This document shows positions 39,961 to 52,622 of a stretch of 64,000 nucleotides of DNA, one piece after another; the first letter of the stretch is position 1; every line of letters begins with the position of its first letter. This stretch comes from Epiperipatus broadwayi. Lineage: Eukaryota; Animalia; Onychophora. Under the pieces are notes generated by a model that had not been told where the DNA came from, did not search any database, and saw nothing but the letters and a program-made list of their open reading frames with translations. Position numbers and translations under genes: made by a program. The stretch covers positions 17,422,001 through 17,486,000 of the forward strand of contig JAQFVV010000006.1 of NCBI GenBank assembly GCA_028023455.1. Direction: 5' to 3'.

Positions 39961-42900
39961 ATACTTAAAAAAAAAATGTTGGATTTTTAATATTGTGATT
40001 TCTCACTGAAGCTGCAGCCAAGTTAGTATTACTAAAATAATCTTTAAAGTTTAAAACCTTGAAGTTATAAATACTTATATTGATCCTTTATTGTATGAAT
40101 CCTTTATAACAACTAATTGCCTATAATTTGTAATTACTATTTAGGTGTAAGGTTGATATATAATAGTCATTTTCTAATTGCTTTAGGCAAATGATATGTG
40201 TAGTGTTGTTCTTATAGTGATAAGAAATCTAATCATCATAGAGAACGATTTATTTAGTAATGTGTTTATAATTTTGCTAGAAAAGAAATAACCATTTCTT
40301 GACACGATTTGAAATGAAAGTCGTGAAATGTGTGAAAGTGTTGTTTTTTGTAATTGATATATAAATAATGCTTTTCTAATTAAAAATATTAATTCCTCCT
40401 TCCCCAGAAAGTATTTATTAAATAATCCAAAGTCTGTCTCTTAACACTTTGCCTTAAAATTACATTAGTATGAGGTATTTCTTTTTGTGTGCCTTTTTTT
40501 AATGCTTCTGTGTGAGTCTTCAATCGTAATTTATTAGTATATTTGTTTTTAAATAATGAATTTTATCATATTTTTAAAATTATTTTTTTATCAGTATTAA
40601 TTGAAAGCAATCATAATAATACACTTTTGTGTTGTGTTTTTTTATATCTTGGCTTTTTTAAATTTTCAAAAATTAAGAGAGAAAAAAAATCTTAAATACC
40701 TAAATTAAAATATATAATTAAAAAAATACTGGTTGTATAAGGAACTTAAAATTATTATATCAAATATCCAACCAGCATGTCAGTATTCTTTTACTAATAT
40801 TTGAGATTTCATTTATTGATTAAAATTACAAGTATAGTTTAGGAACAATAATTACAGAAATGACTCCAAATGTGGTGAAATGCAAAATAAACAGAACCAT
40901 TGAATGGGTGCTCCACAGAAGAGTGTTTAAAAACCACACCATCATTGATGGTTTAGAGTGGTGAACTCTGCAGGTCCAGGCTCATGGATTCTGGCTCCAA
41001 TGCTGTCACTTGTGGTTCTCAAATGTTTTATGAATTTCCGAGTAATAAGTCCTTTGATTACTCAGCCCTGCGTGTTTTAATATAGTAATTGAAAGGTAGG
41101 CTGGATCTTAAAATCTGTGGATTGTGTCTTATCCATTTCCAGGTGCTCTGCTTTGAGCAGTAGTGAACCATTAGATTATTGATCATTGATTGTTTATGAA
41201 CATAATATATTTTAGTTTTGATATGTAGTTCACATTGTAAACTGTAATCAGCTTTTTATATCCTTAAAATGCATTACTCTACATATACCATTTAAAATTG
41301 TTGAGCTATTATTTTAACTAATGGGGGGAAAGCAAAAATCATAGGTGCCAACTATTAAAAGGGTTTTGTAATATAGTGGTTAATACCTCTAATTATTTTG
41401 CCCACAAATTTGGTAAAATTATTAAGGCCCTTCTTTTTTTATGAGGTGTTTTTTTTCCACTCAGTTTACTACTTCACCAGTGCACTAAAATATGCAAGGT
41501 AGTTAGTTGTAAATGTGAATCGTTATGTAAATGTTTATCTTGAGATTTTAGTAAAATCATATGAAGAAATAAATAAATCATAGAATATATCTTGTATGGT
41601 ATTAATTTGGAAAAACAGGGTATTTGCAAATGAAGGATATTATACTTTAAAGTTGTTACAATATTGTGTGCTCTTTTTTTGTAGCCATAGGTGCAAAATT
41701 TTTAAGATTAAATACTATCTTTGCACCAAAACAAAGTTTTAACATAACTTTTCCTAGCTTATTTTCAATATCTTTTCTTAATGCAATTATTCAAAATAAA
41801 TTGATGAAATCATACGCTATATAGTTTGTTTCATACCATTCTTTGACCAAAAGTCAAAGGTTTCTATAGTGAACATGTAACAGCTTTTTAAAATATGTAT
41901 TATTAGTTGACATTATGTTACATCTGTATAGAAGCACATCAGTTTGGGTTCATGTCCCTAGACTTCTTTAATCTCAAGACAATTAACTTGGATAATACAG
42001 AAGAATCCAATAAAGCATTGTATAGATTCAAATCTATTATTCATAATTGATAATAGCCAATAGCCTGAAACTCATTTGAAGATTTGATTGCAGTCTTACT
42101 ATCTAATATTACTAAAGTTTCCAGCAGATGTCTCTGGAGTAGAATAAATTAAGTATATTATCTTTATATATATATAACCTATAAATATGACATTATTTTA
42201 AAAATTAATAACTAAGATCACGATTACGACATGGGATGTCACGAATTATTTTAATATATAGCTGATTCAAAAGATTATATGTATAGGCATTTGAAATTGT
42301 TTTTATACTGTTTTAATTCATTTTCAAAATTTTATTTGTTTACTGTGTGTGTGTGTACACACATTTATTTCTTCACATAACAAAAACGAGTCAAGAATGA
42401 TTTGATAACCTCGTGGTCTGACTTTAATCCTTCTCTTAAGTTGTAAATGTTGATCCTGATATTGTTAAAAATAAAAAATATATATTTTTTTTTTGCCATG
42501 AACCCAACAAAACATAATAATTTTGTGTAACACGACATGCAAGTAACAGCTGCTGCAAACGACTTTCTTTTTTAACTTCCAAAAATATGAATCACTTAAT
42601 ACATAATTTTCACATTTACAATCTGTGCTCCAAATTTTTATTATTTTTGTTCTTTTTATTGTAATTCTAATTGACATATTTATCATCATATATATGATTT
42701 ATGCATCTAAAAGGAAAAGTTGATTATTGTTAAAATGTCTTGATTATGAATCAGTAATAGACTCTATTATATATTACTTTATTAAAATATTCAATGGCTT
42801 TTATTGAATATTTGATAAATCACGTGGTTTAATGTAACAACCGAGTATTTATTATTATTTAATGTAATAGTTTAAGGATATTATTTTGTAAGACGCAGAT

Positions 42901-43614
42901 AGACAAGTTATTTATAAGCAGATAATCATTATAGTCATTGATAACTGTATTATGATACTAAGTACAAAGTGCGCCGCATTAATGTGCTGACGAAATACTA
43001 GTTTCCAGATCCATTAGAGCTCTAAATTATGCTTATATTATTTATACATTTTAAATATTACAAATAATATATAAGTAATAGCAAAGAGAAAATAATACAA
43101 CTCTGAAAATAGATTGTTAGAGAAGTCTGAAAATCACTTTAATGAATGTTTCTCTTAAATTTATCGTATATATACATAAATTTGCCTTGTATTAAGTTAA
43201 TGCACCCATCTGCCAATCCTATGACCGGATTTGAATCTGAACTATGTAAAGTTTAAACTCATTTCAAGAAGCTTTGGATTTTTTTTTGAATCCAGATAGC
43301 TAATCAGTGGTTAAAAAATGAATATTTAACTATGCTTAACTAGAAAGAAAATCAAAGATGGAAAACTAACACCAATCAGTCTGGTATGGCATGCCTTTTT
43401 CTTCAATGTGACGAGCTGGTGAAGAAGCCAAAATTAACGTTTTGATATTTTTAGTTCCCTTTTTTAAAAATTACTGTTTGAATTTTAATTAAATGAATTA
43501 GTTAAATAAATTGTATATATGTTTTTATTTTAAATGAGAAGGTTTTCATGAAATTAATAATATAATAATTAAAATATTTAAATACACGTATAATATATAT
43601 ATTTAAGGTAGATG

Positions 43615-44403
43615 TAATTAAAGGGTATTTGAACCCAGACTTTCACGCTTCCATCAATCATTCACTCCCTCTTATACAACCCCCACATACGTGCAAAAAA
43701 GATAAGGATCTCCAATATCCATATTTTGTGATGAACCAGTACTCTTTAGTTCGTCTGGATCATCATCTCTCTCACACATATATAATCAGTGATCGGTTTA
43801 TATTAAGATAGCACGTCTTCAAACTTTGATGGAAGGCTTTAATCTTTTTCTATTTCCTGACTTTTCTTGCCATCCATATCATTGAAAATATAATGGTGGC
43901 ATTTGCTGCCAATTTTGTTTTTATACCCATGTTGACCATAAGTCTCTCGGATCCCCCCCCCCTTCATATATTATCTTAATATGTCCATTTAAATACACAA
44001 TAGAGGGATTTGCACAGTATTCTGCCCATCTGTCTTCTGCGTATTTAAAAGGATCTTAAGGTCCTAAATACGGGGGGTTGGCATGACTTACTGTCAACAT
44101 GGGTATGACAACAAAATTAGCAAACAAGGTCTTTGAACATGCCATCATCAGATTTTTCATGATATGGATGGCTGGAGAGTGGAGAAGATTGAAGCCTGTC
44201 CATTAAATTTAGATTGAAGATTTGCTATCTTAATATAAACTGAGTACTGATTATATATATATATATATGAAAGATGATAATCGAATCAACTGATGAGAGC
44301 TGGTTGAGCATGAAATATCTTTTTCACATGTATGTGGTCATGGGTATCGGTTGTATAAGATGGAGTGGATGACTGATGAGAACTTGAAAGTCTAGATTCA
44401 AAT
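43615..44403. mobile_element. Foldback family A, copy 4
   Basis: About 43615-43998 is the reverse complement of about 44039-44403. HHR remnants at 43707-43761 (minus, CUAAAGA...AAAA) and 44290-44317 (plus, CUGAUGA GAGCUG guu GAGCAU GAAA followed by a deletion). Confidence 0.85.
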
Positions 44404-45339
44404 TTAAATAATTCTATATATATTTATTCTTTTTTTTTTTTTAATTGTCCATCTTTTTTGTTGCCACATTCATCTAAGTTTCATTTCAATTTCTTAATTT
44501 TTTTAAGTATTGCATGTTTGGTTTTGTAGTCTTAATCTCTGCATTGTTCCTCTGTTGAGTGAGTTTAAGTTTATATACAAACACTGTCAAACTACTTTGT
44601 ATTAAACAACAATCATTTTCATACTCTTAAGTATATATTATTTCTATTAAAAGTACTAGTTTGTATAATAATTTTTATTAGATAGAAAATAATATCAAAC
44701 TTTCATGGATAGTGATTGCGTTTTCCCATTACTTGATCACATGACCTTTGTTGAGACATTCTGTGAAATCAATACCCACACTTTTCAGAAAAACATATAT
44801 GTGAAAATAAATCACCTATATAGTCCAAAGAACTTTGAGGCTTAATGGTTAGCAAAATCTGTGAATCCTCATTACCCAACTAGACTTGAATGGTGAGTAT
44901 CAAGTTTTTTAGTATTTATCTGTAGTTGGATATTATAGAAGCCTTTACTCAACCAAATCTAGGCAGGCGGCTGGTATTAAATGTTAAATGGATATCTGTC
45001 ATTTTTCTCAGATAGTAAAGCAACAAAAGAAAACCATGAAACCTTATGACATCCATTTAACTAGTTCAATGAGAACATGCTTTACAATTTATGGCGATAG
45101 TTCTTTAACTTACAGATACAATTACCCCCCCCACCAGAGTTTATTTTGGAGTCTTAATTAGATACCCTTTAATGATAGCCATTATTGTTGTTGAAGGCAG
45201 CACCATTGATTGGATAAAAAATATACATTAAATATTTCTTTCATGTTTGAGGTAATATGGCTATTCTCTTCTTTACCACATCATGTGCTTCTAAGACTTT
45301 ATATGAAAACTAAATTTATTATTATATGTATTTTTAATA

Positions 45340-46900
45340 TATATATAATAAATAAAGTTTGATATTTTCAAATATAAAGTTACATAAAGAAAATTATCCA
45401 TTGAGATTGATGATTGATTTTGGTGGTGCATATTATTATCAAACATGTAGATATATTGAATTATTACTTCAAGATATTTTAGGTTTTGGAGAATATACTG
45501 TTTCATCATCGTTTGATTTTGTAGATAAAATTAAAAATATAAATATAGAGTTACATGATACAATTTGTGCTTTTGATATAAATGAAATGTATGGATCAAT
45601 AGATCGAATAGAGTCAATTAATATTATTTATAATGCTCGTTTCAAAAAATGTAAAGTCTGATATTGTAAATTTTATTGTAAAAGTATTGCGGTTTATTGA
45701 TAAAAATATTTATGTTAATTTTAATAATGAATATTATAAAATGAATTTTGGTTGGCCAATGGGTCTTCTTGCTGTTGCTCAAATTTGTAATTTTGTTATA
45801 TCAACATATGAAAGTAAAATTTTAAGACGAATTGAAATATCAAGAAATTAAAGTATTTAATAGATATGTGGATGATGTTTTTATTTGTGGAAAACAAGAA
45901 TTAATAATCAATTTATTTAATGAGTTAAATGAGATTAAGGATATTGGGTTATAACCAAAGAGAAATACAATTCCATAAAATTCTTGGATATTCAAGTTAC
46001 ACTTAATGATTACAGTTTGGATTATCTTATGTTAATTAAATTAATTAAAACTAGAGGTTTTATTCCATATGAATCACATGTACCTATATGTCATAAGCTG
46101 TCTGGATTGAAATCATTCTTATTTCGAAATGAAAAATTGTGCAAATATTCTAGTGATAAAATTAAAAATGTACATTTATTTGTTAATGACTTGTTAAAGA
46201 TTGGTTATTATAAAAATGCTATTATTAATATTATTAAAGGATTTAAAAGAAATCAACACTATAATAAAATTAAAAATAAAAATATCAAAATGAAATGGAT
46301 TTCAATGCCATTTATATCAGATGAGCAGGTCAAGTTTATTAGGAGAATTTATAATGGTTTGTGTCATATTGATTTTTTCTCAACAAATAACATAAATAGA
46401 TTACTTAATAACTCTAAAATTCAAAGTTTAATCAAAATTCTATTATATATAAATTGATATGTGGATGTGGTTTACAATACATCGGTGAATCTAAGTGTAC
46501 ATTTGAGAAGAGAAAAAAAGAGCATATGCTTTTATATAATAGAATTCAAAAAGAGAAACAATCTGGAATAGATGTAAATAAACCTTCATCATCTGTTATA
46601 TTTGATCGTAATAAATCTTGTCAATATGGATTTAAATTTGATTATAAAAATATGAAAATTATTCAAATTGAACGCTGTCATAATAAACGTAAAATAAAAG
46701 AGGCTATGTTGATTTCAAGAAATCGTCAAATGTTAATGAATCACCAGTCATCAAATGTTAAGATAACAGAATTGTGGGAAATCTGAATTGAACTATGGGT
46801 ATTGTTAAAGGTTGTCTCGTTTTGATTATTCAATGTTATATAGTTGATAAAGACTACAAAATGTATAGTCGAAAGTACTTCTAATAATAATATAATTTAT
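45340..46900 (+). mobile_element. 5'-truncated, disrupted Penelope-like element (RT plus C-terminal GIY-YIG)
   Basis: IKLHKENYPLR, AFDINEMY, FNNEYY...GWPMG, RYVDD (45862-45876), IIYKLICGCGLQYIGE...R..EH (about 46442-46525). At least 4 frameshifts or stops. Confidence 0.92.
46834..46889 (+). ncRNA. Minimal type I hammerhead ribozyme at the PLE 3' end, U3-A8 core variant
   Basis: UGUUAUAUAG UUGAUAA A GACUACA-aaa-UGUAUAGUC GAAA GUAC UU CUAAUAAUA. Stem I about 9 bp with one bulge, palindromic stem III (AAGUACUU). Confidence 0.75.
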
Positions 46901-47413
46901 GTAAATTGTACTGTATTTTGATGTATATATATATATTGATTTGTATATTATATATGTACACACAATATTTTAGAAAAAATGTAATCTCTGACACAGTCTA
47001 AATGGATAGTAGATTTAGACTGAGATAATTAAAAAAATGTACAGTGTCTATTTAATCCACCAAGATGTTTACTTAGTTTTATACAAATTGACTCTAAGTT
47101 ATATTTATTATATCTGGCCTTCGGAGGTTCACCTCTCTAAAATACTATATATTATTTAGAACAAATGTTTTAACATATATAAAAATAATATTTTTAAGAT
47201 ACTGCTCATAGTTGCTAAAATAAATTTAGTATAAATTCTGTTCTAATCTCTTTATTATATACATATAATAAAAGTAATCGATTGGATTTGCTGCTTGGAA
47301 GTTTATACGGAATCTGAATGCCAGAAGTGACGAAACTGGAATTGATGTAAGAATGTTACACTCCAGCATCTGACTCTCAGCCTCTGTACTACATTATTCA
47401 AAAACTACATATA

Positions 47414-48091
47414 TGAAGGGGTACCCAAAAATAACCGGAATTATTCTGTGATTTGCATGCTTGTTGTATATGCTTCTGCTGTTACATACTTCTTGTAGGA
47501 AGCCTTCGACAAAAATCTGGAAAATGACATCTAGTGTGAAATCATAGTGCCATATAGCAAATTCTTTTGTAAATTGGGTTTCATGTATTTGTCGATATTT
47601 ATAATGACTGAAAAGTTTGAACAACATGAAATTCTGTTTTTTGTTTACAGAAAATAGCAGGGCAAACAGTTGTAATGCTTGGAACAGATAATAGGCAAAT
47701 TGATCTCATAAAAACAAGTTTATAAGTGGTTTGTTTGAAATATTAAATTCACCACATCCCTAAAAAGCATGGCATGTGAAGTCCAAAGTCAAAGCAACAC
47801 TGATTGTGTACTGCATTTTTTTTAATCAGGTTTAGTTCATAATGGCAGACATTTTATCTGAAAGGTCTGAAACATTTACATAATGCAGTGGATTATAAAC
47901 TTCCCATTTTTTGACAAAGAGAAGAGTGCAGGCTTCACCTCATCAAAGTGTCACCCCTCAAAGCCTTGATTGTGAAAAACTTTTTAATTAAATTCAACAT
48001 GATCCAGCTTATCTATTAGTCATATTCGCCTGATTTCACTTTGTGCAATTTTTCCTTAAATCTCTCAAATTAAAAAATCTCTCTCTCTATT

Positions 48092-48124
<33 letters not shown>

Positions 48125-48342
48125 TATATATATTGTGGATTGAGAAGTGGTGAAAAAAAATGCCACAGACATTAAACGGCATCACTTTGCAAAGTGTTTC
48201 CGGACTACTTTGAAAAATGAAAAATATGTTTAGACCCATGTACTGCATCACATGAATAGTAATTTGAAAGAGATTGAATTTATAACACTTAAAAAATAAA
48301 TGATTTCTTATTACATTCCAGTTACTTTTGGGTAACCCCTAG
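47414..48342 (+). mobile_element. Internally deleted, decayed mariner element
   Basis: TA-flanked TIRs tgaaggggtacccaaaaataaccggaat / attccagttacttttgggtaacccctag; KSKVKATLIV, YSPDFTLCNF (YSPDL motif) and C-terminal ...FERD* remnants. Confidence 0.85.
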
Positions 48343-48650
48343 TATATGCATATTTTAATTTTAAAATATTAGGACATCAACAAATATAACTAATAAAAAG
48401 GTAGATGAGGTTCTAATAGGGTCATTTTTAATGTATGTATAAAACTTATTACTTTTGTATTCTTCTTATTCACTTTTTTTATGTGTGATGAAATGTAAAA
48501 AATACAATGCATAAATGATATTAAATTTGTAAATGCATTTGCCTCAATGGTAGCTGCTATTATTTTGACATTTTGTGATTATGGTGCCAGCATTGTGGCA
48601 CTGCAAATTAAAAAAAAAAAAATTAGAAAATATAAATTCTGCTTTTTATT

Positions 48651-48697
48651 CATCATCATCATCATCATCATCATTGTTATTATTGTTGTTGTTGTTG
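48651..48697. repeat. Compound (CAT)n/(TTG)n microsatellite
   Basis: catcatcatc...attgttgttgttgttg. Confidence 0.9.
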
Positions 48698-49189
48698 AAT
48701 AGTTCTCTATGATATTACTGTTTTTCTCTTTCAACTACTTCTTGTTGATTAATTTTGCTTTTTGGAATTTTAACATTATTTTTTTTTATGTATATAATTA
48801 TTTCTCTATGTTCATCTGAATAATTCCAATTATTAACTTTGCTTCAGTTTATTATTATTTTTTCTTTCTGTTTCATCATTCAGAACTTTATATATATATT
48901 TGTCCATTTATTTCTGTGCCCTGGTGATCTGTATAACTGTAAGCAGTTTCTAGTACTTTTTTAAAAAATTATGTATTCATAGTGATATGAAAGTGCTCTA
49001 ACATTTAATTATGAACGTTATTACTGCTAAAGGTGTATAATTCTAAAAGTTTGTAATAGAATCCCCATTCTCACCTATTTTTACTAGTTTTTTATATTAT
49101 CAGTGTTTATATAAATATTATGAATTTGGTGATGATAATATTCAGTGATAGAAAAAAGAATGTACTTCACCATTTTTCAACTTTACCAT

Positions 49190-49800
49190 TCTACTTATGA
49201 AATGAATAGTTTTTCCAGCCATGATTTTTCTTCTCTTCACCTCTTCCATATCCCGTATATGCTCTCATTTTGCATTTCTTATATTCTCTTGGGTTTCAGT
49301 TTGTGAATTTGTTTTATTTTTTCAGTTATGTGAATGATACTTGTTTATTTTTTACATCCATTTATTTCATTTTTAATCTTTAGTATCTAGCCTCAGTTCA
49401 TGCAGAAGCACTGATAAAACATTTATTAAAAAATTGATTTTCAAGCTTCCTTTTTATATTTCTATCAAAAGCATTTGTAGAATTATACATATTTTATGAT
49501 GTCATCCCTCTATAATTAATTTTAGCCATTGTTTTTATCTATATTAATTTGATTAAGGTATTTGTAATTGTTAATAACTTTGTCTAATTTATTACTGTCA
49601 ATCTTCTTTTGAAAAGTCATGGAACATTACTTTAGCCTTTATATATATAGTCTTCCTTTTTTGCTTTCATCTTATAATTCTGAAATCTTATTCCTACAAG
49701 CAGAGACATCGTTTGCAAAATCTGGATGACTTAAGTAATCTCCATTTATTTTTATTCTTTTGACTTCTCATTTTAATCCATAAAATACTTTCCCTATAAT
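49190..49800 (-). mobile_element. Decayed RTE fragment
   Basis: Similar to 39700-39930 (e.g. aaggtatttgtaattgttaa); minus-strand LSHPDFANDV (FADD region) at about 49710-49740. Confidence 0.6.
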
Positions 49801-50797
49801 TGGTGAGAAATATTTTGGAGAGATTCTGTTTAACTAATTTTCTTAGTGATATCATTGATGAAGTTTGTTAAATATTCAGAATTGGATCTCTCTTGGCTCT
49901 CTATGTCTTCTAATCCTGAAGCTGTAATCAAAACAGAACAATGTTTTTAGTCGAAAGCAGTTTTCAAAATCTTAATAGTTCTTTTTATAACTTCCTTTAT
50001 GTTGTCACAGATGATTAAATATAATTAAAACAAAACATTACTTTAACTTCCAAATGACTTTTTCATTATGTGGGTTTATTTGTTTTATTTACCATTTTGA
50101 TAAAAGCAATTTTTTATGCAGTAGAAATTGCTTCCAGTTACCTTTACAAATGTTCTAAGAGTTGACTTTTTTTGTTAGTCACTTAGTTTTGGTTTCAAAA
50201 ATAAGTCTTTTACAAAAGATAGCATCATAACCATTAATTTGTAAAAAAAAATTACTGAAAATTACCTCTTTTCTTTACAAATCTAAGTATTCAGTAATTT
50301 ACCCCATGCTAAAAGACTCAACCAATCAGAAATCCTTTATTAGCTAAGTCATCTCCCTCATAGCATTGTCATGTTGATAGAGTACTATCAATCATGCAAT
50401 TAATGCTGACATCTTCGGATTTTTTAAAATTAATATGTTAAAATTGCAGCAGCAGGGAAAAGGGAAGCTGCAAGCCAAAATATAAGGTTGTAGATAGGCT
50501 TCAAACTATATAGAGAAACATAGTGATCACAAACCATTGTAATGCTTAATACATCAAAATCAAATGAAAACATCACTTACTTTGATTCAACCATTTGAAT
50601 TATTAATATAAAGAAAACTGAGAATTTCAAAATACAAATTCTAATTAAATATTAGAGCTTTATAATTATGAAAACATTTGTTTGCTTTCAAATTTGGAAT
50701 GATAGTTTGATAGTACAAAAAGAAATAAAGAATGATTATCAGGAGACAATTTTTTTGATCTATAAAAAAAATGTGTTATTAGTTCCAGATTTAAAAT

Positions 50798-50838
50798 CCT
50801 TGACTGATGAAGGCATTAAGTCAGAAACTAGTCTGAGA
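50798..50838 (+). ncRNA. Candidate decayed minimal hammerhead
   Basis: CUGAUGA A GGC-auuaa-GUC A GAAA CUAG UC: core, palindromic ACUAGU and GUC triplet present; stem I barely pairs. Confidence 0.4.
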
Positions 50839-51079
50839 ATATTGATTAGATATATTAAATTTAATAAGTTGTTCTTCTAGCATTTTTTGATTATTCACTC
50901 TCACAATATATGGCAGAGCATTGAATTTAATAAAATTTGTTAATTAATAATAATAAGTTAATGTTTATTTACAGATTTTGAAAAATCATTTCAAAAGGGG
51001 AATTGAATTGCTTTGTTGGAAATACTAAAAAGGAAGGATATAGATTGGAATAAGAAATGTTTTTATGGATGAGCCAGAT

Positions 51080-51830
51080 TTTGGAATTGTAATGCAGCCA
51101 TATCTTTTATTATTGAATATATTTAGATGTATTGTTAAATGATTACTTTGATAAATTAGACACTTGGCATTGAATTTAGAAGTTCACCATATAAGATTAT
51201 CTGATGATATGCAATACTTTTGGATAGTAATATAGAATATATCTAAATATGCAGAAATAAGGTAATGAAAATAAATACAAATAAAACTATTACAATGAAG
51301 ATAATCATTGAAATGAAAAGCATTTGAGCAGGAATTTTTAAATTACTTAATATTTTTAAATATTTGAAGAATTATCTGATGATGATGAAATAAGAATAAA
51401 AATTGCATTAGCTAAAATGTTTTTATGGGGGTAGATGTATTTTGAGATTAGATTTAAGAAAATATCATGTTAAATGTTTTGTTTTAGCAGAGCCAAAAGG
51501 TTACCCTATCAAAGATCAACCTGCCATTTCTAGTTTTTGAAATTAACCCTTCAATTATTTTTATTATAATGCTTAGTTTGTGTGCAGTAGAGATGTAGTC
51601 GATTAAGATTAAAGATAAAAGTTTGCAGGCTTTAAAGATGTGAATTCACAATAGAAGGAAAGTGATAAATTGGAAGCATAACATTAGAAATTTGAAGTCT
51701 TGGAAAGTCTCAATGAAAAAACCTAATATTTATGGAGATAATTATGAGGGATTGGATTAAGCATCTTGAGACAAAATAAGTATAGAAGATTTGCTGGATG
51801 AAACTTTACATGATAAAAGAAAGAGAAAGT
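51080..51830 (+). mobile_element. Decayed RTE-type LINE fragment (older subfamily)
   Basis: IRLSDDM (xADD), MKINTNKT, DEIRIKIALAK and LQALKM*..RR...W motifs appear in the expected order. Confidence 0.6.
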
Positions 51831-52249
51831 AGTAGGGGAAAAAGTTAATCAATGATCTTAAAGCAGAGAATAGTTACCATATGGGGTACATAAATAGGAA
51901 AGTTTGGAGGTTTTTGTTGCGAAAAATCCATTTTTTGATTTATAAGTAATAACAATGATGGTATTTATGTATAAAATAAGTATTCATGCATTGGATATTC
52001 TCTATTAATAATTTAATTTGGAATGTTTTTATAGATATATGTCAAGTAGCTACAAAGTTAATGGCCAGAAGCGGTATGGCTTGCTGGGTTTTTTGTGGCA
52101 TTGTATAGATATATTTCCACTGCCCTCATTTCTTAGGATTTTAAATGGTTCAAATTACTGTTAGGATTCTTGCAATATAGTAATGTTAATTAAATCATCA
52201 TTATCTTAAAAGGATTACTGATTTCTTGTTCCAAGTTTATGACCATTTT

Positions 52250-52622
52250 TTCAATGTATAGTCTCTCTTCTTCACATCCCATCAGAAAACTTCATTATTT
52301 CATCCATCAATCTTGTATGTAGTCTCTATCTAGATAGATCTTTTATGGATCTCTTTGGATCTGCTTTGAATCTTCAGCCATAAATCCAGACTCTTAATTT
52401 AGTCTCTTAATTATTTCAATAATATCAATAATTCCTGCTTGTTCTCTGACCAAAGTATTTCACTTTCTATCCATTTTTATTATTCTCAACATATATCTTC
52501 TCTTCCTATTTCACTGAGTGGATTTAAGTCTATTGTTTTTCTGTTAAATGACCAAGTCTCAGATCCATAAGTAAGAATTGGTAAAACACCTGTATTAAAA
52601 ACCTTTCTTTTCAAACATAGAC
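52250..52622 (-). mobile_element. RTE fragment
   Basis: 52540-52622 is near-identical to 26690-26755 and 39730-39797. Confidence 0.7.

Noticed and set aside
42987-43010. CTGACGAAATACTAGTTTC as an HHR
   Set aside because: No stem II between CUGACGA and GAAA.
44373-44400. Second CTGATGA...GAAAGTC near the end of family A copy 4
   Set aside because: Other copies have a different sequence here; chance mutation, no stems.
44789-44894. Exon candidate with strong splice sites
   Set aside because: Stops in all three frames.
51201-51390. Two CTGATGA hits
   Set aside because: They are xDD-type codons inside the decayed RTE RT; no stem II.
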